DNA of 44,477 nucleotides, from the NCBI GenBank assembly GCA_910592345.1, contig CAJVPI010000186.1, positions 1 through 44,477 on the forward strand, read 5' to 3'. Source of the stretch: Paraglomus brasilianum. Lineage: Eukaryota. Of the stretch, positions 13,934 to 26,313 are shown one piece after another. The notes under the pieces were generated by a model. That model did no database searches, was not told where the DNA came from, and saw only the letters and a program-made list of their open reading frames with translations. The first letter of the stretch is position 1, and every line of letters begins with the position of its first letter. The translations under genes were made by a program, and so were the position numbers.

Positions 13934-16900
13934 CTTGGAGGAACAAAGGTGATATCTTCTAGGGCTTTGTATAATAATATATCGTTGTTGCCATTCTATT
14001 TGTTGTAGTCGTACCTTCTATCCATAATTGGGAGACAGGTGGGGAATAATCAACTTGGACAATCGGTATCGTTATATTGATGATACCGATTTATCGTATA
14101 TGATGTAGTGTGCTGTAGGGACGTGATGAATAAACGTCAGACAATCCAGAAAATAAACTTGTTGGTTTTCTAAAATAAACAATTGTGCAACCAATATGTT
14201 TCTCTCACATAAAGAAAATAAATAATTAAACCTGTATTATTAATTACACAATATAGCTTCTTTATACTGAAGTTTCTTTATTCAAGTTTTTCACCTTAAT
14301 TGGTAAAGTAGCACTGTTTACTTATCAAACCTGCCCCCTGCTACCATTTACTTGGATTGCCCATGCCCATACAACCGTAGTGCGAATGCGACGGACGAAC
14401 TTTCATGTACACTCTTCTCTTCTTGAGAATCGAAAAACGAGCCCTTCCGACAAAAGGGAGAGAAGGAGAGAAGGAGGGGAGGGCGAAATGAGCGAAGGGA
14501 AAGACCGAACAGAGAGAAGAATTGTTAGATTGTAATGGTGGGTTATTGAGCGATTGAGATTTACAATAATAGCATTAGTTTCTATTATCGTTCTATATAT
14601 GCATTTCGAAACATAGCTTATTACCGTCACATGCCTATATCTATGTATTGTTCTTCTATTATTTTACTTCGCTTCTTGTTTCCCCCTCTCTTTCTCTTCG
14701 CCACATAATATTCCGATTGTTAATGCCAAACTCATTCCGCCCTTCGGATAAAATAGCCGTATTACAATCCATAATTAGATACTTGGCTATGACGAGATAA
14801 TGGTACACTTATTTTAAATGGTAGGTGATACAATACACATTTGATATTTCTTTTTTCATTAATGTTTCATTATTGCGATTAGCATTGTCATGGTAAAATG
14901 CGGAGATTGTGCACTGCTGACTGGAATCAACTGGTCTGCACAATACCTGGTTCATATGATTTTTTATGAACAGAATGCCAGTATTATAGTAAACATGTAT
15001 AGTGACGAGAATGCACTAATGTGGGGATGAATATGATGCAAGCGTATTTTGTGGAGTTCCTAACAATATAATAATAAAAATAGAATATACTTATTGTATT
15101 AACTTTATACATGAGATAAAGACAAGGGGGTACAATGTGTTGTATGCTCTATCCAGAAGGTGTCGCTGACATTCTCATTGCACACATCTCTGTGCACTGG
15201 ATGCTCATGGCCACGTTGTGTATATGATGAGCGGGAAATCTCTGTTATTTGTCACATATAGAGAAAAGAGGGAAAAAAAAAAAAAGGTTTAAACCCAAAA
15301 TCGTGGAACACGCATTTAATGAAGCGGACGATATAATTGAATGCTAGCGATATTACGAACATATGCCGTCCCATTGTTGTTCCGGTCGAATGGGTTTAGG
15401 TTGGAAGTTTTTCGTTGTTTGGGGGCTTCTTTGTTTCCTAACTGTTTCATTGCACACGATCTTCTGTGTAATGGCATCAAATATTACAACAGCAAGAGAC
15501 TAGCAGACAACTAAGCAAAGGACACCTATGAACTATGCGAAATGATATGTGATACTAAAGGCTAATGGCATTATTCAACCTATCATTTGCACCACCGATC
15601 ATTAATTGCAAATGTCCAAATAATAAATAATAAGCCAAACACATCCCCCTGATTCCTTGTCACTCGTTAACCAATCACTGTCCCCATTTCATTCTCTTAA
15701 AATACACGATCAGCTAGTCATTCATGGTGTTGTAGTATTTATTTGGAACCTTGTCCACCATTAATACTTGTAATCCACTAATCGATGTCTAAGGAGACAA
15801 AGTCAACCGTGAAAATTTTACAAAGACAATACCAAGGACGGAAGATGGTTAACAAATGGGCCCGATGGACACGACGACGGACATATAATACTGGAAGAGA
15901 CCGGTTGTCGTGATATGGCATCAACAAATTCCGCAATTTAAAATTGCGTCTCCGCAACCCAGACTCACTATTTACCCGATAATGGGAGCACACGACCACT
16001 ATTTTACTACCAAACATTTGTAATAATAATAATAACGGATATTCAATAATCGGTTCACCAATTACACTCGGTGGCACCAATTAAACTCACGTTAGTTCAA
16101 CACTGCGTAGACAACGTGGTTGGCTTTGTAAACAATCAGTTACTATGGTTTCATTGGCTTAGTCCAGCTGGGATCGCTGACGAGAGTTAAACCTATTACC
16201 TATATACGAACATGGAATACCAATAACCAATAGCCTGCGCAAATCTGGATATTGATCTAGTCATTTTGAGGAAATAGCGTTATGCAATTGGGCTACACAA
16301 GATTATCATCCTTGAGAAAGCCCGAACTTTGCACAAAAACCGTTACATTTGTAGCAAAATAGTATTATAACGTTTTCTCGTATAACGTTGAGGTGACTTT
16401 GGAGTATTCAGACAAGTGAAACGTGATTCTCAACGCTTGTGTGGTCCAGATTCCCTTCTCCCCATCTTCGAATTTACCCTTTACGAATCAGCAGATTTAG
16501 TTCTTAAGCGAGCATGTTATACAAACGGCATTCAATTTGAGTTTGTAAGCTGAGCATATCGGAGGAGACAGCTCACGGAAAATTATTCTCGAGATTGACG
16601 GAGTAGCTGGATTTACTTTGTGCCTTGCAGCAGCGGGCCCCAACGAACTCTATTTTTGAATCAAACAATAACTGGTGAGGGTTAAGTCCAATAGCCAGTG
16701 CTGCCCAGATAGTATTGAGGGGAGAGGGTAATCTTGATGATCCGGACGGAGACACGGTATTATGATAGGTATGCCTTGGAAATTATTGACCTATTACCTT
16801 GTCGTCTATGACTGCTGTCTTATTCATTCCTATGTTCTATTATGAAATCCGAATGATGATAACAGATACGATCTATTGGAAACGACGTGCATGGATTCAT

Positions 16901-18720
16901 GTGTGCTGGATCTGCTGAAAGTAAAAACATAAAGTGGAAGCATTCCTCTAGAAGACCAAGTCCGAGTCCGAGTTGTGGTTATTCTTGTCACTCTGACTGA
17001 TCGTCAATACCTTGGTTCAGTGGGGCGCCGAAACCGTGACCGAGCAAGTGCTAGTGGAAATTATTTATCGTCACGATGTTTGTTTACAAACTCCATCAAG
17101 ATTCTCTGTCAACACTTGTGTCGCTTTGTAACCACAGAGAAAACAGAGCTTAACCAGTCCCGTCACTGTGCATAGCCGGCTGCTCACTGAATTCCAAACG
17201 ATAAATTGCGTGGATGAATGAGTTTGTTGTCACAACAGTTTTTAGTTGACACCCGAATCGATCAATACAGATGGCCAAGAAAGGTGAACCTTGATCAAAG
17301 ATTCTAGCTTGCTCCTCCGAGCGCTTGTTGTATATTCACGCATTCATGACCGACAGAAAGTATTTTCCCGGGTTTGCTGAGCGTCACTAATACTAATATG
17401 GAGTAAGTCAAAAAGAACATAATTGCATATTGTGTCTCTACATCGCTTAATACAATAAATAAGCTTTGTTATTGATTCTACACTTTATGACCTTGAGGCA
17501 GTCGATTATATATGCAGGTGTTCTATGAACTCCGACTCAAAGAATTCTTTCAGGTCTAAAAATACCTTTGATCACGGCTTTTTTCTCTAATAAACTGATT
17601 ACGCAGCGAATAGTATCAATTGTATTTATCACTCACAAATAACTCGTCCTTCTATTCCGCTCAACCACATGCCATGAGATAGAGCGGGTTCAGTACCGGT
17701 GAAGGTTCATTATTATCAGCATAATATTAATCATCCTCCGGAACGCTTTTCGTCCTATATTGCTAAGAATATGAATAGTATTGGATATACGATCGACTTT
17801 CTTTAAATGCTTACCACATAGGTATACAAGTATCTGTACAACGCGTAAATAAAACAAATTGTCCGCCAAGTGGCTAAAGTTTAAACTAATTTGTCAAATA
17901 AAACGCTCCCTAATTACCTGCAAACTCCGAAGCTTACTTTAAATTGTGAAGACGGCTACCTCGTTACCAAGTTGTCCAGTCTCCCAGCTGTGAGAGTGAT
18001 CGAAAAAATTATGGTTATAAAAACGGTTTTTGAAAATTACCATCGACGCGTAAAAGGCAAAGCGAGCGGGATGAGGCATAAAAAGCCTTGCGCGGGTGAA
18101 TCTTGTGCTATAGGCAATACTAATTATGTCTAACACGTATCATGTTGCTAGAATTTAGAGCTGCATCTCAAGAATTTATAAAATATGTGGAAGTCTCAAC
18201 ACGACAATGACCAGTCAGATTGCCAAAGCGTCTTTCTTTAAGAAATTAGACCTTTGGAGGATGTGGGTCAGGCACAAGCTACTGTACATATTTATCGCTA
18301 ATCGAATTAACTGCCTTAATAATAATCAAGTACTTGAACTCAACAAATCAACTCTTGATCTATACACTATATCTTACACCATAACCAATATGGTTTCCAA
18401 ATTTTTGATTTTCTCTTACAGTGTTTCAATATATTTAGCTGTTATAAAAACATCTTCTAACATTTCCTGATGGGGCAGACTGCAGACAAAGTGAATATTT
18501 GATTATGTGAGCTAAAAGTGGCTGATATGGCTAAAAATGACAATGATGCTTTGTTTGAGTGATACAACTGTGACTTAGTATTAGGTGCAAAACCATGAAT
18601 TAATTTTTATTGTTTTGTATGTCTAATTTTAAGGTTAAATTTTGTAAACTTACTGTAAAGTACAATGAGGGTATAAAATAAAACATATACAATCACAAGT
18701 ATATACAAGATAATAATAAT

Positions 18721-20972
18721 ATGAATATTATATATGACAATATTATAATTATATCCTTTGACAACATCAAAAAAAATTTGGCTAAAAGAGAGCAAAATGA
18801 AAGACAATATTTTTTTAAAAATTAGATGAAGAAAGCAAAAGAGACGATAATCCAAGAAAGATATTAATAACAAACAAAGAGTGAAATTGAATTCTTGGTA
18901 GAGTAGGAAGAAAGGAAATTTTTTCCAGTGATTGTAAAGATGAACTTCCTGACTTTGTGCATGATAGTGTAGTGAGCCTGCTATTTATAATGCTGATAAG
19001 ATATATTGAAAATGAATTTCTCACAATCAAAAAAATGAAAAGGGGGTGAAATTATGTCAATTGGAGTGCTGTTCCATTTAATGTAAATAGATATGGATTG
19101 CCAAAAAAAAAAAATAACAGCTGAAGATTTCATTACAGATATTGATAAAGAAATTGCTGAACAATATCACAAAGCTAGTTTAATAAAGCATGCCCTTTGA
19201 AACACGTTATGAAATAGTAGAATGATATTAATCACTTTTTAAAGATGAAGACCAAATAAAAAACCTATTAACATCAATTAAAAGGGCAAAACAAATTAGC
19301 CAAAAAATCACAGAGGAAGTCTTAAAAAAAACTTCCCAAAAATCATTAATTAAAACTTAATGAATTGATTTGAGAATGTAAAAGCAAATAATTTCACTTC
19401 AGTGTTTTACAATGGCTGATGAAATTAACAAAGAGATTAATGTAAATAGATTTCAACACCAAATAAAGTCCAGTGTAGTTCTACAAGAATTAAAAGAACA
19501 AGCAGCCTGAAATTCCTACCAAGACTATCTCCTTGAAGAACAACAAACGGAACAAGATTATTACCAACTTTGAGAACAAGAATCTGAAAGATTAGCTTAC
19601 AAGAGAAAGCAAAGAGTCCAGCTGCGCATAACCTCACTAATTGATGAAAAAAGACCATCAATAAGCGAAAAAGAGACAAAAATTACCACCCCGATCAAGA
19701 AGAAGAAAAACTAAAAACTGAAACTGAAGATGAAGGTTATTATTTTGAGGAAGAAGAAAGTACTACTGTTGATAATAATCCTCCCACTGAAGAACCCAAA
19801 CAGAACAGCCTGTTATAGTTGTTACTGATAATCCTTCTGTAACCTCACTACCTTCAGAAGGCCAACCTAGTCCAATCCATATCTCTCAAAAATAGTTGAG
19901 GCTAAGTATAAGGAGAAAATCAAATTAGAATTACTGACTTATCTCTGGAATATCAAAATTGGGAGAAACAATTAAGTAAATTAAAAAGTGAGGAAACTAT
20001 TAACCAGTTTGTGCAAGAGTTAGGAAAAGAAATTAATCATCCGAGTCAACATGTTACGGTCGGATGGTCTGGGGTTTGGGAGAGCGATTAATCTTTCGCG
20101 TAGGGGTTTCTTCCGATCGGGGGTTATTACCAGATTAGCTTCGTGCTACCGCCCTTAATATGGTAGATTTTCAATTAAGACTGAATTCTAATCTACAAGT
20201 GACCTATTTAAATTAAATGCGCGCTTCTCAACTCCCTATCCGAGCTTCAGATTCCAAATAAGGGTACCCAATAAAATAACAACAACAATTATTATACTGC
20301 GGAATCGGAGGGGAATAAATTCTATTTAATATTAAACAGGGCCATCTTCGATTTGGTATTTCGACTAGTCGGGTTCCGTTACTTGTCTCAGACTAATTAA
20401 ACAATTTTCGCTTCAATAAATAATTATTGGCTCTCGTTCCTCAAATAAGAGTAATAGATCAACGGACAACTTATACAGCTTAAATGAGCTGTTTACAGCT
20501 TGAGTGAGCCATTTATTAGTGTGTCCGGTCAACGATGAAAGAAAGTAAAGTTTCGATTTCAAAGGGAATAGTTTATTTGATTATTATTCCATGGAGCGGG
20601 AATTATTGTTCTAATAACCTGAACAATATTTTTATAACATGAACACAACATATAGAACATTAACAACATGAGAATTTGATGATGGGATAAGGGCCGCTTA
20701 TATAACTAGCGATTAGCAAAAATTGAAACAAAAGATATCAACATAGAAATTTTTCAAGAACCAGTAGATTCTAAGTTAACTAGTGGCGCTGGTACTGATG
20801 CTCAAAATACCTATTCTAAGATCATGGGATCTGCATGACTGCGGAGGAAGATTTATGGTGACTTACTATCAGATCGGCTTGCCGTAACAAACAACCAGCC
20901 CTTACTACCTCTTCTTTCTCTGATTTTGGAATAAAGATGGTTGGCTGATTGTTAATAATGGGATGAATCTAA
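18721..20972 (+). pseudogene. Decayed genetic-code-4 (TGA=Trp) gene, probably from a Mollicutes-related endobacterium, split by a solo LTR
   Basis: Long intronless frames with no TAA/TAG but in-frame TGA at 18882, 18888, 19047, 19198, 19210, 19508, 19571, 20946 and 20964. Several frameshifts, some in homopolymers. K/E/Q/N-rich product with an acidic linker and a hydrophobic C-terminus. Confidence 0.75.
20052..20889. mobile_element. Solo LTR (838 bp) with 4-bp TSD AACA
   Basis: Termini TGTTACGG...CCGTAACA; AACA at 20048-20051 and 20890-20893. Excision restores the flanking frame (HPSQ-QPALT). A related copy starts at 44391. Confidence 0.88.
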
Positions 20973-21086
20973 ACTTATAATTTACTGAGATTAAATTGCT
21001 GACAGTTTCAATGTTTATTATTAGGGATGCAAAAGCAGAAATTAATTATGAAAAATAGTATATTAGTATACTTGTATGTATAAAAT

Positions 21087-22740
21087 TTATATTGGTTTTG
21101 GGCAAGTAATATCTTTGAATTTGTCTCTAACAAATGGGCGAATATTATGATAAAAGATATTCTTGTCTTTCGTAATCCAAAGGAGGAGGGGTTAGGACTA
21201 GGATGGAAAAGGATTTAATCTCTTTGGTAATTTCGGGAACAGTTGTTTTAGAAATTAAATTCAGTAAAAGCACCATTAGCAACCATTTGAGCTTGACAAC
21301 TCCAGGATTAGCTGCTTCAAAAACAAAATGTTGATACTTTTGTAAACCACTCAATTTCTTAAAGAAAATTCCCAACACAGAATTAAGATTCAAGTACTGA
21401 AAACCTTTTCCATTGCCATAATATTTTTTTCACAACCTCAACAATATGGCCTACGCAATCTACTGTTGTTTTGCGGTATAGTTTTTTGATCAATCCAAAA
21501 CTATCACATTTGAATTTAGTATGTCCAGGCACCATAAAATTCAACTCAATATTTTCATAATAACCGCAAATTACTAAATATAGGTAAAATCAAATAATGA
21601 CGTTATTTTTATTCTGACCACCCGCATTATCGCAAGTAATCTTTAGACTTTTCACCTTTATTTAATCTCTTAATTCCGTCGAAAACTATGCTTTAGCGTG
21701 CCATTAGGACCTTTGCCTATTATTTCGTTCTCATCGAGAACGTAATCAATTTGTTCGCGTACCGCTTCATCTTGAATACCAAATAAATGCACTTTACGCG
21801 GGCTAAGATAATAGATCTTACTTACCTGTTGATCAGAATGGAGTACGTGAACATTTTGTGCTCAATAATAACTGTAATGAGCAGTAGCATCAACGCTACA
21901 ATAGTCAACTTTACCTCTTGTTATAAAATGCTCATCTACCAATTTTCTCTGTTGTTCTGCTAATTTCGTATTTTTGTTGTAATAATTTCTCTCTAACTTA
22001 GCCTTAACCAGATGTTCTTTGTACCTTTTTAGTAAATCTTTCGCTTCTTCTTCCTTACGAGCATTATACTGTAAGCCGTTCCGAAAATGTTGGCACGAGT
22101 CACATACGGTAAATCCGTTTTTGGGCTCATGATTTGAATATAATAATAAGGCGTTAATTGGTGCCATAACTTACGGAACGCACCATATTTTAACAATTTC
22201 AACGTGCTATCATTTTCCAGACCTGCAATAAAATTGCGATAGACCGATTTGTAACTCATTTCAGCCGGCAAAAGTGTAAGCGATGAATAATTCGGTTGAC
22301 GTTTCTATCAGGACTTGGTAATCCATGAATTTCAGCATAGTTTTCAAGAAAATTCTTCACTGCGGTAGCAACAGTTATATCAATGGTTATTTTGGTTTTC
22401 CATCGCGGCACTCGTTTGATATTACCATGAACACGCGGTTACCATTTGTCGATAGGTAATCTCTGACATTCTCGAAGTGAGTGCGGCCAATTCCTAACAT
22501 GTTTTCCGACAAAGTGGCATATTGCGATCTCAATAATAAAATGTTCTCTTATTAGTACGTATTTTTTTTTTAAGACGTCGGCTGGCAGTTATTTCTCCAC
22601 CATTTATCGCTTTCAATCGAGCCATTACAAATATATCTTGCTCGGATCTACGTAATTCGGCAAACTTTTCTCTCGGAATCAACCACAACCTAACGTATTG
22701 CTTTTTCATATTCAGCGGAGCCATTATAAATATTTTTCAT
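21087..22740 (-). pseudogene. Frameshifted full-length Sola-like DDD transposase (copy A)
   Basis: Motifs CDSCQHF, HYSY.WAQNVH, SPRKVHLFGI, GKGPNGTLS, ITCDNAGGQNKNN, LNFMVPGHTKFKCD, NIRPFVRDKFKDITCPKP*. The DN..GQNKN and GH....CD motifs are typical of Sola-like transposases; the superfamily call is tentative. Confidence 0.75.
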
Positions 22741-22754
22741 ATATACTTAATCCT

Positions 22755-22835
22755 ATAGAGTCGTCCCTCGTTTATATCCCCACCTCGAGACCGAGACTTT
22801 TTGGGGATATATCTGAAGCCGGGGATATAACTGAA
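22755..22835 (+). mobile_element. MITE-like terminus with inverted repeats between the two transposase copies
   Basis: TAGAGTCGTCCCTCGTTTATATCCCCA; TATATCCCCA (22773-22782) pairs with TGGGGATATA (22802-22811); a second GGGGATATAA at 22821. Confidence 0.45.
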
Positions 22836-22894
22836 ATATATTTATTAATTGGGTAACACAAGCAATTTTATTGGGTAATATATTCTGTTAACAA

Positions 22895-23478
22895 GGCCAT
22901 ACTTTAACAATTCTAACGTGCTATCGTTTTCGAGACCTGTAATAAAATCACTTATAACTCGTTTCGGCTGGCAAAAGTATAAGCGATTGAGTATTTCGGT
23001 TGACGTTTCGGTGGTCCATGAATTTCAGCATAGTTTTCGAGAAAATTCTTCACAGCTGTTGCAACGGTTTATCAATTGTTATTGTTTTCCATCGCGGCAC
23101 TCTTTTTACATTACCATGAACGCGCGGTATATACCATTCGTCTCCAAGTGATTTCGAAGTGAGTGCGACCAATTCCTAACATATTGAGATACGTTTTTCT
23201 GACAAAGGGGCACATTGCGATTTCAATAATAAAAAGGTTTCTTATTAGCACACCTTTTCTTTTAAGACGTCGACTGGTCCACCATTCATTGCTTTTAGCT
23301 GGGCCATTAAAAATATATCTTGTTCGGGTCTAGAGAGAGCTTGATACGCTTCACGTAAGTCAGCAAACTTTTCTCTCGGAATTATTTTTGAGCAACCACA
23401 ATTGCAACCTACCCCTAAGAAACGCATGGCTTTTTCATACCCAGTGGAACCATTATTATTATATTCAGTACTTTTCAT
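22895..23478 (-). pseudogene. 3'-truncated second copy (B) of the same transposase, N-terminal part
   Basis: MKSTEYNNNGSTGYEKAMRFLGVGCNCGCSKIIPREKF...EQDIFLMAQLKAMNGG aligns by eye with copy A (IPREKFAELR...EQDIFVMARLKAINGG). Shared DNA blocks such as CCATGAATTTCAGCATAGTTTTC. Confidence 0.8.
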
Positions 23479-23984
23479 ATATGGTAATCTTATATATAAT
23501 TTTATTGACTTTATTTGTAGCGATACGTACGTGATTATTCAAATGAGATGAAATCCACAAACAGTAAATTTATTACAAGTTACATAGAAGTCCTAATTAC
23601 ATATATAAACAATCTCTAAGTGTCACTATCTCTATTGTGGAATTATCTTGCTTACAGAAAAACACCTAACCCACTCATTTACACCAAACAATGTGTGACT
23701 GCTTTCGAAAATGCAGCAATGCAGTGAAAAAAAAAGATAACATTGTATGAATGCCAAACATGAAGAAGGAGGTGAATCTCGGCTACAACATGCAACAGGA
23801 ATTTACAAAGAATTATAAGGCGAAAAATTGCGCCATGTATCTGACAGAAAAACTATTAACCAATATTTGGACAAGGAAGGAATCACCTGTATGTGATTTA
23901 CCCAAGAGGAAAGGTCAGAAAAAGCTTGTTGGCGGAATCATTCAGGAACAAATCAACATGTTCGTTTGACTTTACTATTACAGC

Positions 23985-25080
23985 CAAACTAATTGTCGAC
24001 ATGCACTCTACGTACACCTCGTGATTTTATGGCAATCAACCAATAGTGTGACGTAACACACGTTGAACGCGCAAAACCTCTATGTACGCGTTGCTCGACA
24101 CTGATATAACTTCTGCCATCTTAGTGTCACATTCTGTGAGTATTTGGCAACTTGAACGAGATCTCATTGCAGTTGTCAGTTCCCCGAAAGAATGGTCATA
24201 TCCCGGATATCTCGAGGCCATGAAGCCTCAGTTCAAAAATATCGCTAAAATTGAAAAGTTTCAAGAGAAATTTCTGTAGACGTATATGCTTATGTAGATC
24301 GTCGCAGCGAGATTTGTTAGTCTGTAAGTTGCACCACGCTGAAGCAGGTAACGCCCTCGGTTACAACGTGTAGCAAGTGCTGACGATCAGCATACCTAGG
24401 AAGTTTCACCAAAGTAACTTATTTATCGTTTTTAAGAATAATAGGCGAGAAGTTACCGAGTTCTGGGATCAATTTAGAAAGAAGGTGGAGCTACAAAAAC
24501 AATGGGTATATAATAGTATACTATTTACTTCGTCAGATTTCACTTCGACTCTGCCAAGAATCTCATTAAGTTGTGTGAGCAACAGTTCAATACCAGTATA
24601 CATCAAGAGGGTCAGTTAATTGGACATCTGTCGAACGGACAAGATGACAAGTAGACGAGAAAAATGTATCACACATAGGAAGGCGTGTCAAATTCAGTTA
24701 TGTACCAAACTTTGATCTGGTAGTGCTTGTAAAACTGAGGATAATGAGAAACGACAAGGAGATGACTATCCAAAGTCAAATCCCGCAAAATTGACGCTAA
24801 TGGCCAGCTGATGGCCATGTACATAAATATCAGGATGCCGATGTAATTGACTGAATTGTATACTTCAAACAATACCTGCAAAGCAGCTAATTCTCTTCTT
24901 ATTACCTGCAGGAAGTGATTACAGACATCTTGGGCAACGCCATTGAATGCTTGGAGGCGATGAAAACAGTTTGTTCAACCTATGTAAAACAAGATCCGTT
25001 TGGGGATTTAATTGACCTTCGCCGTTTCTCAAGGTGCTTCCAAGATCAGCAGCGGAATTAAGAATCGACCTGTTTAGATG
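23985..25080 (+). pseudogene. Degenerate intron-containing hypothetical gene
   Basis: Exon-like blocks (LERDLIAVVSSPKEWSYPGYLEAMKPQF; VTEFWDQFRKKVELQKQ; DILGNAIECLEAMKTVC) with splice-like sites and frame disruptions. Family not recognised. Confidence 0.3.
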
Positions 25081-26313
25081 CAGATATTACTCGGCCAAAA
25101 AAATTATACTATTATGGGTTTTTGCTGCTGTTGTTGCAAATCAACTTGATTTTCTCAGTTTAAGTTGTAATTTGATTAAGAAAAAAAAGGGGTAAGACCA
25201 ATTTGTGGCATTGAACCCTGTGGCGTCATGTTCACTTTGGTTTTGTTGCATATTACAAACTCGGTAACTTTACACGTTATTTTGTAATGTAGAAATTTTG
25301 TACACAAAGATGCATTGATTGGTAAGTCAACCTATTGGACTATATTTTTATTTTTTATTTAGTAAATTTTGAGACAGTTATTCTAAGCCTATAATTATCC
25401 GAGAATATTATATAAAATGCAAATATAAAGAAAAGAGTATTTTAACCCGTATCAAGTAAGCAAGAAAAAATAATAACACGCTCACATATTATTGTAACCA
25501 ATTTTTTATTCAGGCTATAAAAACGGTTGTCAGCGCCATTATTTCGCTGGACTGTATTAGTATCGATGCTGTGCAAGCCTCCTGCCTATGTATTATTGCT
25601 AATATATTTTAATAATATAAATTCATCGAATATTATAAACCATTTATCAGCGTAATGAATCATAACACGTCTTAATAAACACTGTCCCAAGACTTTTTTG
25701 GATCTCTCCTGCCCACCTTCGCGTTAAGAATGTCAATCTCCGGTCTAAACACCCATTCTTGCTTGTACATTCTGATTCGCAGCAGTGACATTCTCCTGTT
25801 CTTGTACATTCTGGCGCGGTTATGATCTACGTAAAGTTCTGACTTAACTCGGTCTGGTATTCTCTCTGTTATATTTGTCTTTTTATTCGAATCAAAATTT
25901 GTGCCTGGAGTTTATTTATATGAACATTGCCAGCAACGACAAAGATATGCACGCCACAAAAGGTGTGTTTGACCAGTTACTTTATAATGTTATGGGATAG
26001 AGATTTAGACTACGCGCCAAAGTTCTGCAGCTAACGAGCTCGTCTTCATGCTTTAATCACGACCCACATTCAATACCATTTCAAATTCTTGGGGCATTAA
26101 TCACTACTTGATTCAACGTTTAGACACAGTACTTGTGAATTATACAGATATCTGTTTACGTCAAAATTTATTAGATCGATTCATGCCTACATACTCCGTG
26201 TTGCATATCCCTCCATTATTAAACGCAAACTAAATACAAAAAAAGGAAGCCAAAGTAATTACATAAAATAAATTTAATACACGCTGAATTATTTTCTGGG
26301 CCAACACCATTGA

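Noticed and set aside
15780..17400. Moderately GC-rich stretch with short ORFs
   Set aside because: No consistent frame, motif or TGA-only pattern; probably old pseudogene debris.
18721..20972. In-frame TGAs as selenocysteine codons, or the gene as a mitochondrial insert (NUMT)
   Set aside because: The TGA contexts suit Trp, not redox Cys motifs, and I see no SECIS. The product resembles no core mitochondrial gene, homing endonuclease or plasmid polymerase that I recognise. A NUMT is disfavoured but not excluded without a search.
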